Shown piece after piece: positions 19,501-27,461 of a stretch of 64,000 nucleotides of DNA. The translations under genes were made by a program, and so were the position numbers. Origin of the DNA: a virus; the IMG/VR virus record IMGVR_UViG_3300037245_000806, positions 32,001 through 96,000 of that record; one strand, 5' to 3'. The stretch's first letter is position 1, and every line of letters begins with the position of its first letter. The notes beneath the pieces are model-generated. The model ran no database searches and was not told where the DNA came from. It saw only the letters and a program-made list of their open reading frames with translations.

Positions 19501-21305
19501 ATCAAACCCTCGGGCGTCGTATACACCGCGAGGAACACGAACACGTCGCCGTTCTTGTCTGTGAGCGTCATGCCCTCTGAGAGGTGCCCGCTAAAACGAT
19601 TGTAAGCCGCCATTGACGAGTCTGTGTCATTGAACGACGCCTTCTCAAATGTCGTGTAGTGGTTGGGGAAGTCAGCCGCGAGAAGCTCGTCGATCTCGCC
19701 TTCCTGCGTCGTAACAGGCTCCTGCACAGCCGCAGGTGCCACCACAGTCTGGCCATACAGAGTTCCGGGCATGTCCTTGTGCGCCTGCTTGACGACAGTC
19801 GTGCCTCCGGTCAGATCGCTGGTAAAATTGTGGTCCAAGATACCTACCACTTTGCCCTGCGGATTCTCGACCATGTGTACGACCGTACCTGACGCGTTCT
19901 TCCACGCGCCAAGATACACGTAGTCCACGCCAGCCAACGTTATTATGGAGTAAACACCCAAGGGCGTCTTCTTACCCAACGCCACGAACGCCGCCTTGGT
20001 GCTCTTGACCGGGGTGGTCTTTGAGTTCTTCCAAGCAGGGCCGCTGAGATACTTGGCGACCTTCGCCTTTTCCGACTTCTTCGCAAGCGTCTGCTGAAGC
20101 TTGATGCCGTCCTTGGGTATCGGGTTGCCCTTCACGAACTGCTCGAAGTATGGGCGCACGTCAGCGTCACGTGGGATGTTCTCTAGAATGTGCTGCCAGT
20201 TGCCCTTCTTCCAATCGGCGATGAAGATATGAAAGAGGTTACCGGCAAGCTTGTTCTGTGCTGTCCATCGCCGAGCGGAGCCGAGAAGCTTCTTGGCAAA
20301 TGGCGGCGGAATGTTCTTGCCGTAGTACGCCTTCCATACGAGCGAGATCACCTCGGCCTCAACGCCGCTGAACTTCGGATCGCCAGCTGAGGAGACGTAC
20401 CGACCGCCGTCAGGATGGAAGTAGGAGATGCACGTGTTGATCGTGTCATTGTACGATAACCACGACAGCGGATTCTGGCCATACTTCGGCGGCTTCGCCG
20501 ATAGCTCGTTGTACTCCTTGACGATATCAGGCGCTTCCGTGGCGAGGATGAAGTACGCCACGAATGGAGCCCACACAAGCTTCGCAGCCTGCTTCGGGTT
20601 CATGCCCGTGAAGACATACTTCTTGAACGCCTCCAAGACCAGCTTATCGTCAGGCGGCGTGTTGCGCTTGAGGAACGCAAGGTCACGTGAGGCGGCAATG
20701 CGATACTCAACGTCTTCCGCCATCATCGCACGATACAGCGTTCGGAACGGGTTCGGTGTGTGATAGCGCCTGTACACCGCGTTCCCGACAGCCTCAGCGC
20801 TCTGACCGAATGCCTGCCTGAGGTCCAGTGGCCATCCTGTTGCACGCATGTAGTTCTCAGTGAAACGCGCTGCCTTGCGTGGGTTCAGATCGTACTCGTA
20901 ACGCCACGCGCCGAGTGCGAAGCGATTGTACACACCTTCCGGGCGAAGGGTCATGAGTTCCGTCACGGGATCAGCCGGAATGATGCCCTGCTCAACTGAC
21001 TCCTTGAAGACCCGGTCGGACCACGCACGCCCGCTGGCTGAACCGTGTAGGTACCACGATTGAATCAGCGCGGAGTCCTGAAGGGTCTTGAAGGATTGCA
21101 CCTCTTCGAGATACGGCTTCGCGTTGACCGCGAAGAAGCGGTGCAGCTTGGCAACAACATCGAGAGTCACGTGACCGCTGGCGAGAGCCTCAGCCATACT
21201 GAAACCAGCGACACCGGGTAGCTTCCCCTCGGGATCACTGTGGGCGTCTAGGCCCTTCTGGGCGGCACGCTGAACAATCGCTGGAACGATGAAGGTCATT
21301 GGCAT
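13554..21305 (-). CDS. Giant polyvalent protein (~2,580 aa): head-associated N-domain, Nudix hydrolase, HipA/PI3-4K-like kinase, C-terminal ART-like domain
   Basis: Nudix box GTVDKGESLEQTAVREVYEETGL; kinase GGSN...FFK...EVAA...D.FMGDHDGH.GN...VDRG; start moved to MPMTF (GAGGG RBS). Confidence 0.85.
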   Translation of the reverse strand: MPMTFIVPAIVQRAAQKGLDAHSDPEGKLPGVAGFSMAEALASGHVTLDVVAKLHRFFAVNAKPYLEEVQSFKTLQDSALIQSWYLHGSASGRAWSDRVFKESVEQGIIPADPVTELMTLRPEGVYNRFALGAWRYEYDLNPRKAARFTENYMRATGWPLDLRQAFGQSAEAVGNAVYRRYHTPNPFRTLYRAMMAEDVEYRIAASRDLAFLKRNTPPDDKLVLEAFKKYVFTGMNPKQAAKLVWAPFVAYFILATEAPDIVKEYNELSAKPPKYGQNPLSWLSYNDTINTCISYFHPDGGRYVSSAGDPKFSGVEAEVISLVWKAYYGKNIPPPFAKKLLGSARRWTAQNKLAGNLFHIFIADWKKGNWQHILENIPRDADVRPYFEQFVKGNPIPKDGIKLQQTLAKKSEKAKVAKYLSGPAWKNSKTTPVKSTKAAFVALGKKTPLGVYSIITLAGVDYVYLGAWKNASGTVVHMVENPQGKVVGILDHNFTSDLTGGTTVVKQAHKDMPGTLYGQTVVAPAAVQEPVTTQEGEIDELLAADFPNHYTTFEKASFNDTDSSMAAYNRFSGHLSEGMTLTDKNGDVFVFLAVYTTPEGLIIIIRNPDGELIWQDDGDFADIISEGNIKLSGWKDPNVLNVASQTPEIAGTPTTATEGGPPMKFEIGTIVKRQGLGNYLVLGFDDGMYQLLRLHASATGCNVETQLKESIEDSGVDIATHVDGTMTGEKYVTIPNWTTASAISLPPGFSAGGPVALGDKDYTLVSAFDTDDGKVVLAYAFDTITLSGNTITYPNYYVIDYASIGKPVTSSYEPEGPRPERGAEDALDSEAGPSKMSGTPEALQFIAKKGFVPLTKGDSPIFMFDLGGKLAYGHAKTRTIIGYARQPDGDSPKHYYIIMTEKGNINFKQALSGNMAYGPMIEILQDVVDELLPAPGKEVVAFPKLNYALSSTAKKVALEDKLIYVPSPDDAPFPVGAKLVYKPATEPQKIKLIAWVDQTKMGEPTGEKLAVLRHKDDDATYLVEVEDLANSYTIAFKHSADMNSVTGEMVFSKMNGQGLTLKTPYDANIGAGVPLPYGWDDPDPVEQPPMAKLPTGGHISAGIIAVMPPLAMMSDGESMAPAPSTLFLLVNPMNDYGGYTLTYPKGTVDKGESLEQTAVREVYEETGLAVKPVGYLGDFKGNDSVTRFFIGYITGGDPLKAGSETDAVTFKPVPLSYQKLPWYGELHKRDQLVTDATVKWLLDKGWPHLFTGEKADAYSQVTGPQDVEGQTGVVAFNPNDMHTIAATGTDQQASIVDYAVPAGAVAWVSASLSLPDAKTWAWIPALSMLDQGYPPPGVKVTVKIEKLQQTVIGYMRYVTTGGFVTTAIVMQSGTDFDWRTLYWQMEAEGPTGKKEYATKAKDFYPVVSPVMAKTKTIPADTSKADIWRALLFKCPYPVNEEMLTVLKDVVAEEGYAPAAFNCSRQHASVPGVSFGDVFLLHGAPLVCLGYLAVTDTMKKQHKLMFSQNKAGQYIVLSATDTAMGAYLPVSGDEGFGNPDAWFTHPDPKTNKLIQQLYANGGNLKAVGTNMTTFSTAWMKKVKFPAWSIMTKIVVQDVASLFIPGAATKPVYEAVIGMLKARMKASHKGKNKLAKKTKAPVGAPPTATGMVQKSYAAVPAWKPVIAPVVKIGTAKIAFDSPAILQQVSAPEPGLFKDTGGTISGGSNPCAVLSSPGGFQWFFKTPKDQAEVRVHVEVAAFKLAQLVDKTPTVPVGKMEFNGKLGSFQPLLEGSPPESDPNDLPDEDKGEILTQHMLDMFMGDHDGHRGNWMRLKAGRLVPVDRGQAFKFVLKGLTESLDPHWHPKGNVGEGYAKKLLNDWGASTAEIPELAWKAAREMIEKIRKLTEKHIQGLLAPIFASEDITGAKRTKILDTLYKRQKNYLKDWTKVLKKLQSDFKWPKIGKIKMSMKAPRLRIDPKTLGFGKAQAEDIAIASAYPIRGRAMKVDRDSIEQQEVMVKAVMWEKSPGKKVPATLIHFRMARHAGMLAVPKLLKQSGVIKQVTGSGGPHLLAVDSQNGFWSKIQAAIKSINYHLAPEEDGGGANQDMAVNEKTMAACFAIKPDLIAIIKATGKTAGTYGPMDEPNAIVNSMAGMYLEYLTLYIEPIMADLLAHKGKHTPKLGEFLWQAPEVDESDEQPDVPKAFDVKGNSHAKWPKVVQEADGTLLLQHDSHDVYAGANQDQFVIVAKALGAKLFVNSTGMDSNLPGLQTGVKGHQGQSWGYIEGTASAATIATLFTLFAQATGIDMSVATEKDKEILFWSKQAYLNQSGGEIKPKSDGTGVVTPEYTTAMELYRKGADDLALSALQKQTAKALGISVTKAKAEAKPLLAGRYDEGSVGYMRHERLGWDRAKLEKLFGKHFYVGHGLNSTTKSYIKSLGELPILMAHNVRSFWGAGNTGASVESDYGYGGTQGVFLGFRKAATKQDHVLYFDKSLALRTDCVVVGRGDEFGSDVKERLMTPEQWKRDFDEGYGSSSGALNTMSRYQVNVRHGINLLDYLYRATCANQSDIDAILDMCAERGWTAFGPQKQPPEKVFVLVGKEKL

Positions 21306-21316
21306 AATTAGCCCTC

Positions 21317-21331
21317 GTAACACTGTGTTAA
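21317..21331. promoter_or_regulatory. Palindromic site GTAACACTGTGTTAA (copy 3)
   Basis: Abuts the RBS of the giant gene. Confidence 0.7.
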
Positions 21332-21353
21332 GCGGTTGCGGACATTATGCACT

Positions 21354-22571
21354 TTAGATGGCAGGCGTCAAGGCCTGCCAATCGGCATCTTCTCCATGAA
21401 CCTGCTCGACCCAACGCATACGAATCGTGTCAACGTGAGTTGGGCTCATCTCAGCCATGTAGCAGACACGACCGAGCGCCTCAGCTGCGGCGAGCGCGGT
21501 ACCCGATCCACCGAAGGGATCGAAGACAATTTGGCCTTCCGAGGTCGAGTCCTCAACCATCTGGGTAATCAATTCCACGGGTTTCTGGCAGGGGTGCAGC
21601 TTGTTGACCTTGGGCTGCGGGTACTCAAAGACATTCGAGCAAATCCGGTTCGGCTTCGGCAACGCAACGCCAGCACGACCGCCGTAAAGGAGGAGGTCGA
21701 ACTGATGCATGTAGTCACCCTGCGTGAGGTTCCACGAGTCCTTCGCCCACATGAGCCACTGGTGTACCTCGCCCTTGTTCATTAGCCATGACTCGAAGAG
21801 GTTGGGCAGGAAGCGACTCGCGCAAAAGACATACGACGCGCCCTTCGTGACAGACAGGATGGTCTTGCACATGGCAGTCAGGAACATCGCCCACGAATCG
21901 CTGTCCATGTCGTCGTTATCAATGCCCTCCCACGAGTAGTTCTCGTAATCGACATTGTACGGCGGGTCGGTGATGCAGACGTGCGCCTTCTTGCGCCCGA
22001 AGAGGTCGAGCACTGCGCCGGGTTGCATGATGTCGCAGCACGCGAGACGGTGCTTGCCCAACTTATAAATGGTGTCCTTCTTCGACGCGGCTTTGTCTGG
22101 TGCCTCGGGTGTCTTGTCCTTCGCCCTGTTCTGAAGCTTCTTATCCTTCGGCAACAGCGCGTGAATGGACTCCTGTAGCTCAGCGAAACCCATCACGTCA
22201 AGCTGCGGCAATGACTTGCGTATCGACTCAAGCTGAGGGAGCGCCTTCTCCGCGTCCCAATGGCCCTGCACCGCTGGGTTATTCATCACGAGGTTCGCCG
22301 TCTTCTCAGTCACCTCATCGAACTCGACGACGATGCAGTCCACGAACTCAAAGCCCTCCTCAACGAGGCCTCTGATTCGCTGATGCCCCGAAATGCAGCG
22401 CGGAGGATCGACGGCAACGTTGACCACCGGTACTTCGAGAAGGGTCAGCGCGCGGAGGGATTCCTTGAGCCCGCGAAGAGCGTCGGGCGTGATGTCTCGC
22501 GGGTTGTAGTCGGCAAGCTCGATGTCAGCTAGGCGAAGCTTCCGGGTCTCCGGCTGAAGCGCTGCGGGCAT
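21354..22571 (-). CDS. ParB-like N-domain plus N6A/N4C DNA methyltransferase
   Basis: YNPR.I, ISGHQR, TDPPYN, HPCQKP and DPFGGSG motifs. Confidence 0.9.
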   Translation of the reverse strand: MPAALQPETRKLRLADIELADYNPRDITPDALRGLKESLRALTLLEVPVVNVAVDPPRCISGHQRIRGLVEEGFEFVDCIVVEFDEVTEKTANLVMNNPAVQGHWDAEKALPQLESIRKSLPQLDVMGFAELQESIHALLPKDKKLQNRAKDKTPEAPDKAASKKDTIYKLGKHRLACCDIMQPGAVLDLFGRKKAHVCITDPPYNVDYENYSWEGIDNDDMDSDSWAMFLTAMCKTILSVTKGASYVFCASRFLPNLFESWLMNKGEVHQWLMWAKDSWNLTQGDYMHQFDLLLYGGRAGVALPKPNRICSNVFEYPQPKVNKLHPCQKPVELITQMVEDSTSEGQIVFDPFGGSGTALAAAEALGRVCYMAEMSPTHVDTIRMRWVEQVHGEDADWQALTPAI

Positions 22572-22812
22572 TTTTGGTCTCCTTCACAACTTGCGCGAGC
22601 GCGTGTGCGCGTGCGCCGTTACTCGACATGGCTCTCAGCCGGGTGTAAAGCCTGTGCGCTGATTCAGCGGTCTCGCGCACGATCTTACTGGTTTCAGACT
22701 CAGGGTCATCAAGTTCCTTGAGCCTTTGCGCCGCCCTCTCTGCAATAGCCTTGCGCAACTCAGGTGACAACGCGCTGAGCGCCGCGTGTAGTTTGTTCTT
22801 TGAAGCCGTCAA
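22525..22812 (-). CDS. Small helical hypothetical protein between the two methyltransferase genes
   Basis: Probable TTG start overlapping the upstream stop; start uncertain. Confidence 0.4.
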   Translation of the reverse strand: MTASKNKLHAALSALSPELRKAIAERAAQRLKELDDPESETSKIVRETAESAHRLYTRLRAMSSNGARAHALAQVVKETKNARSASAGDPEASPS

Positions 22813-24089
22813 TCGATCATTGGTGTCACGGCCTGCCACTTCGCCCCCTCGCCATGTACGAACGTGGCCCATCGCTTCCGCACGATGTCGCAGAGCCGGG
22901 GCGTTCGCACGTATCCGATGAGCCGACGACCTGTCTTCTCAGCTGCAATGACCGTGGCCCCTGTGCCCATGTTCGGATCAAGCACGGTGTCGCCGATCTT
23001 CGAGGAGTCCATGATCGCGCGAGTCACGATCTCGACCGGCAACTTCGTCGTGGGCTTACGCTTCAAGCGGAACAGATTGCCAACGCTGCGCTCGCCCTTC
23101 ACCGCATTCCTCGCACGGAAGTATCGAGGAGAGCCTTCGCGCCAACCGTAGAGGACCGGAATCGTCGCCTCCCGGTAAGGGTACTTGGAGCTTGCCTTGA
23201 GCGAAGGGATCATCCACGCAAGCGTGTTGGACCAATGCCCCCCGAGCGCCACGAACCTTTGGTGGAGTCGCGGCAGCGTGAGAAGATTACTCGCTACGTA
23301 GACGTTGCCGTCAGTGTTATCGAGCGTGTGCTGAAGCATGACGTTCAAGAAGTCTTCGTTCACGTGCTTGGTCTCAGCGATGCACGTGAAAGCCATATCG
23401 GCGACCTTGACAGGAAAGCCTTCAAGGCTCCCCGGCTTCTCAATGGCGGCGCAAGCAATGACGTGCTCGCCCAGCTGATAGAGCCGTCCCCGTACTGACT
23501 CGGGTGATGTGCGCGCCACGGAGGGCTCAATATCCTCGTCAACCTTGCCGTGATTCTCGACGTCGTCAACGCCAGCCACAGCGCGAAGACTCCGCAAGGT
23601 GGTCTTGAGAAGTGAGTCCAGCCGCAGTGACTTGAGTTGCTTCTGTGCCTTGTCCCCGAGGGTCGAGCCGATGTCAGCGAGTAGTCGCTTCGTGAGTTCC
23701 GGTATGAAGTGCCCCCGGATGGTGCCGTTGTTGAGCGCGAAGTTGGCCCGGCGCTCCGTGGCATCATCGAAGCGGACGACAATGCAGCTAACCTCCTCCA
23801 CGCCATGAGCGATAAGCTGCCGGATGCGCTGGTGACCGCCGACGATACGCGCGCTGCCCTTGCGTAGGTTCACGACAGGGAAGGCGAGCAACCCCAGCTG
23901 CTGAAGGCTATTCGAGAGCCCGGTGAGCGCGTCCTGCGTAATGGACCTCGCGTTGTACGGGGCCTCTTCGAGCGCTGCTATGTTGAGGGTCTTCAGGGTG
24001 ACGCTGGCGTACTTCGGGTCGGCCTTCGGCTTCTTCACCGCAGACTTGCTCTTCTTCTTGGCGCTCTTCTTCTTCTTACGGGCAACCAT
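22809..24089 (-). CDS. ParB-like N-domain plus degenerate DNA methyltransferase
   Basis: YNAR.I, IVGGHQR and VLDPNMGTGATVIAAE present; the DPPY catalytic motif is absent (ADMAFTCIAE). Confidence 0.8.
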   Translation of the reverse strand: MVARKKKKSAKKKSKSAVKKPKADPKYASVTLKTLNIAALEEAPYNARSITQDALTGLSNSLQQLGLLAFPVVNLRKGSARIVGGHQRIRQLIAHGVEEVSCIVVRFDDATERRANFALNNGTIRGHFIPELTKRLLADIGSTLGDKAQKQLKSLRLDSLLKTTLRSLRAVAGVDDVENHGKVDEDIEPSVARTSPESVRGRLYQLGEHVIACAAIEKPGSLEGFPVKVADMAFTCIAETKHVNEDFLNVMLQHTLDNTDGNVYVASNLLTLPRLHQRFVALGGHWSNTLAWMIPSLKASSKYPYREATIPVLYGWREGSPRYFRARNAVKGERSVGNLFRLKRKPTTKLPVEIVTRAIMDSSKIGDTVLDPNMGTGATVIAAEKTGRRLIGYVRTPRLCDIVRKRWATFVHGEGAKWQAVTPMID

Positions 24090-24143
24090 GCTGCCCTCCC
24101 TCTCGTTGTAAAGGGGTACGGGCGTGTGAAACACAACGTAGTC

Positions 24144-25517
24144 TCAACTCACCCAATCAGCGAAATTCACAGCACTCTGTCGAGCTTCGGCGTCGGTCTT
24201 GATCTTACCGGCCTTCGCTCGCTGTTCCTTCTCCCAATCGTCCTGCTTGCCCATCTCCCAATCGCCGTGGTACGTCAGCTTCGGAAAGAACTTGTCGCCG
24301 ACACCAAAGCCACTGAAGGCACGGTGCGACCAGCCATACCACTTGCCGGTCTTCGCGCCCTTGCCGATGCTGGCCACCTCGTGACTCGAATGTGATTTCT
24401 CAGGCGTGATCTTGTACCGATTTCGGAAGTCCTTCGGATTGTCACGCCAATGCTTCTCGTCCAACGCGATGGGGAACATCACGTCTGCGCGCTCGGAAAT
24501 GAAGCGTGAGCCCCGAAAGCGAAACTGCTCAGTCGGGACGTATACGCCGTCCTGTTCGCGCTCGAAGAGGATGGACAAGTCGGGACGTGCATGGATGTAG
24601 TATTCGGTCGCAGGCTGCACTGACTCAACGATGAAATTAGACTGACCGGGGCGCAGGAAGAGCGGGCCTTCGACCACGGAACGATCCATCGCCTCGATGA
24701 TCGCCTCGGTGGTCCCATGCTTCTTCCCGGTCTTCTTGGCCTTGTACTTCTTGGCGTTGAACGGGGGCGGTACCTTAGGCTTGGGCCATTCGTTCTTCCC
24801 CGGCTTGTCGAACGTTCGCGTGGCGGGGTTTTGCTGCTTCTTGAGCCACGCCTTCCCGATAGGATTCTTCAACGGGCGCTTGAGGATACGCTGCCCAAGG
24901 TTATGTAGCTGCGGCTTGATAACCGCGACCCAATCGTCAACGCTCACGTCCACGTTGTTATCGACAATGCGCATGTTCTTCGGGCCGAAGAGCTTGGCGT
25001 ACTTCTCCATATTCCGGTGCGCGCCACGCCACGCATCTTCCACGAAGCTGTCGGGCACGAAACGTCCACCGGCTTCTTTGCGCACGCGGTTGCGTTCGAG
25101 CGCCTTCTCAAGTGACGTGGTCACGAAGACCATGAAGATGTCATAGCCGAGCGCCCTGAGTTTCCGGGCGGGTTTGGCAACGCGGTCATAGGCCCATGCG
25201 GTACCGTCGATGATGAGCCCGAGGCGTCGTTGAGCGTAGTGGCGCAACTCCATCTTCATGGCATCACGCGCCTTGGTGAAGAGCCCGTATTCTTTGCCGA
25301 CCTCGGCGGGGGGTATACCGGCGAATTTCATGTAACGCTCAAGGTGCTTGTCTGCGTTGATGATCTTGAGGCCCGCACCGCCGAAGAGCGCCGTGGATAC
25401 CAGCGACTTGCCTGCGCCACCAGCACCGGCGAGGAAGACGGCGCGTAGGGTATGCGAGTCGCGAAGCCCCTCAGAAACCACAGAGTCTTCGGACACGAAC
25501 GCCTCACTCAGACTCAT
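24144..25517 (-). CDS. Zeta-toxin-like P-loop kinase fused to a C-terminal KWYGWSHRA domain
   Basis: AVFLAGAGGAGKS, INAD, LIIDGT, GY..FMVFV.TSLE.ALERN..R. Confidence 0.8.
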   Translation of the reverse strand: MSLSEAFVSEDSVVSEGLRDSHTLRAVFLAGAGGAGKSLVSTALFGGAGLKIINADKHLERYMKFAGIPPAEVGKEYGLFTKARDAMKMELRHYAQRRLGLIIDGTAWAYDRVAKPARKLRALGYDIFMVFVTTSLEKALERNRVRKEAGGRFVPDSFVEDAWRGAHRNMEKYAKLFGPKNMRIVDNNVDVSVDDWVAVIKPQLHNLGQRILKRPLKNPIGKAWLKKQQNPATRTFDKPGKNEWPKPKVPPPFNAKKYKAKKTGKKHGTTEAIIEAMDRSVVEGPLFLRPGQSNFIVESVQPATEYYIHARPDLSILFEREQDGVYVPTEQFRFRGSRFISERADVMFPIALDEKHWRDNPKDFRNRYKITPEKSHSSHEVASIGKGAKTGKWYGWSHRAFSGFGVGDKFFPKLTYHGDWEMGKQDDWEKEQRAKAGKIKTDAEARQSAVNFADWVS

Positions 25518-25978
25518 GCGTCCTCCTCAGGGAGCCGAGTAACCGGCGCGTCCTCGATGAGGCCCTCTGCGCCAATGAGAAGATACGCACGCGCGATGGT
25601 CTCCGTCGTGAAGCCCAACGAGACAGCAGCATGTTGCGCGGCGTCAACTGCGTAAGCACCGTACTGGTCAGCAAGGTCGTGCGCGGCCACGATTGATGGC
25701 CCGCGCTCAACTGCGCCCTCTTCGCCCTGAACTTGGTGGCAACAGTCGAGCATACGCTTGACGAGCCGATGCGTAGTGATGGACTCGCGGACCACGCGCA
25801 GGTCGTCGCCTTCGAGGTCAGTCAACTCCACTGACTCCCCCGAAAGCACGTTGACGGCGAACCACTGGCCGTCCTTCTCCGACTTGACCGGCGTAAGTCC
25901 ATTTTCTTGCTCAGCAACTTCGCAGTCGGATATCTGTCGCATGATATGGGCGTGGGGATCATAAATGCGAAGGCTCAT
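25514..25978 (-). CDS. Hypothetical protein
   Basis: 154 aa, with start/stop overlaps to both neighbours. Confidence 0.65.
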   Translation of the reverse strand: MSLRIYDPHAHIMRQISDCEVAEQENGLTPVKSEKDGQWFAVNVLSGESVELTDLEGDDLRVVRESITTHRLVKRMLDCCHQVQGEEGAVERGPSIVAAHDLADQYGAYAVDAAQHAAVSLGFTTETIARAYLLIGAEGLIEDAPVTRLPEEDA

Positions 25979-26319
25979 GTGAGCTTCCTCATCCGGCCAA
26001 GTGCAGCACTGGCCAAGGACGCACCGGTCTTCTGCTCGACAACTGGCGAACGCTCTCGCAGGAATGCACCGGGGTCGAAGGGCTGATCACCTTCATCCTC
26101 GGCCAAGTCACCCGCCAGACCAGCTGCGAGCGCGCCAAGCGTAGTCACGACAGGGCGCTTCGGAGCGGTCGGCTTTACCGGCGGCTTGGCTTGGAAGTCC
26201 TCCTGCGCCGATTCATCCGCGTGTTTGGTGATGCCTCGATACGTGGATGCGTCAGCTTGTAAGTGTCCGACAGGGGGGAGTACGCCGGAAGGTGCGTTGT
26301 CTGGTACAGGGTTCATCAT
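25975..26319 (-). CDS. Pro-rich hypothetical protein
   Basis: Start moved to MMNPVP (GAGGAGG RBS). Confidence 0.6.
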   Translation of the reverse strand: MMNPVPDNAPSGVLPPVGHLQADASTYRGITKHADESAQEDFQAKPPVKPTAPKRPVVTTLGALAAGLAGDLAEDEGDQPFDPGAFLRERSPVVEQKTGASLASAALGRMRKLT

Positions 26320-26343
26320 GGCCTCCTCGGTAGTAGGAGGATT

Positions 26344-26377
26344 GGGGGCGACCACCCTGCCCGAAGTGGTCGCCCCC
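26344..26377 (-). terminator. 12-bp GC hairpin
   Basis: GGGGGCGACCAC-N10-GTGGTCGCCCCC in the intergenic space. Confidence 0.55.
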
Positions 26378-26407
26378 GTTCCCGCCGCGCAGGAAGGAGG
26401 AAGAATA

Positions 26408-27358
26408 TCAGGCGTCGTCGCCTGCCTTGTCCTTCTTGGTTTCGTCTGGGGCACGCCCGTTGGTCACGTGCTCGCAAAGGCTGCCTGCGAGCGATGCGCC
26501 TTCGAGGATGCGCTTGGGCCTCGGCTGGCCTTCGACGGATGCGGCAATGCCCTTCTTGCCCTTTTGCGCGCCCTTCTTGGCGAGCTTCTTGGCCGCGCCC
26601 TTCTTGGCCTTCGCCTTCTTCTTGACCGTCTTGCCGCCCGCAGCGTCGGCGGTCGCCTGCCCCATCTTCGCCTTCTTGGCGGTACGGGCAATCGCGCCCT
26701 TGTGCGCCTTCTTGTACTTCTGCCACTTCTTGACGCCCGCCGGGGTGCCATCGGCGTAACCGGCAGGGTCTTTCTTGTAGTCGCCCGACTTGTAACCCTT
26801 GCCCGACGGAACGCGCTTGATGACCGACTTGTGGAGCATGGCGAGGAGCATGCGCGTGACCCTGTCCTTGCCCTTGTCGCTGCGGTTGCGAATCTTGCGG
26901 AACTCGCCCTTCTTGAACGGCCCCTTCGCCTCATCGACCTCGTAGCCCGCGAACTCCAAGGCCGCTGCGAGACGCGCCTTCTCTTCGAGCGTGTCGCCGC
27001 CGAGTTCGTTCTCAAGGTGGTACTCGAACATGGCGAGGAGGTCATCGACGTCGATGATCTTCGCGAGCGCCTCGGGGTCGAGGGTCTCGACAGGATACAG
27101 AGTCGCGCCCTCTTCGCCTTCCTTGGAGGCCTCGAACACACCGTCCTTCTCGGTGAGCCAGAGTTCCTCGAAGGTCACGATACCGGACTCGCGAACCTCG
27201 GGGTCAGCGAAGACCTCCTGAAAATCCACGCCATCGAGGAAGTCGCTGATGATTTCGCCTTCGAGGGTGAGGGTCTCCCCGTCATCCTTGAAAAGCAGGC
27301 CCATTACGTCCTGAGGATCACTGCTCGCTGCTTCGCCAACGCTAATCTCGACCGGCAT
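26408..27358 (-). CDS. Putative prohead core/internal protein (acidic N-half, Lys/Ala-rich histone-like C-half)
   Basis: Charge switch at EVDE/AK; GGAGG RBS at MPVEI. Confidence 0.65.
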   Translation of the reverse strand: MPVEISVGEAASSDPQDVMGLLFKDDGETLTLEGEIISDFLDGVDFQEVFADPEVRESGIVTFEELWLTEKDGVFEASKEGEEGATLYPVETLDPEALAKIIDVDDLLAMFEYHLENELGGDTLEEKARLAAALEFAGYEVDEAKGPFKKGEFRKIRNRSDKGKDRVTRMLLAMLHKSVIKRVPSGKGYKSGDYKKDPAGYADGTPAGVKKWQKYKKAHKGAIARTAKKAKMGQATADAAGGKTVKKKAKAKKGAAKKLAKKGAQKGKKGIAASVEGQPRPKRILEGASLAGSLCEHVTNGRAPDETKKDKAGDDA

Positions 27359-27396
27359 GTTACGCCTCCTTCCGAATCCCATTCGTAGTACCCGGA

Positions 27397-27425
27397 AGCT
27401 TAGCGCCGGGTGACGCGCTTGTCCA
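27397..27425 (-). promoter_or_regulatory. Sigma70-type promoter TGGACA-N17-TAAGCT
   Basis: A-tract GCAAAAAT upstream; palindrome about 19 nt upstream of the -35. Confidence 0.6.
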
Positions 27426-27440
27426 GCATATTTTTGCTCA

Positions 27441-27461
27441 CTCGTGACACAGTGTCACGAG
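27441..27461. promoter_or_regulatory. Extended palindrome CTCGTGACACAGTGTCACGAG (copy 4)
   Basis: 21-bp inverted repeat containing the core motif. Confidence 0.78.
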
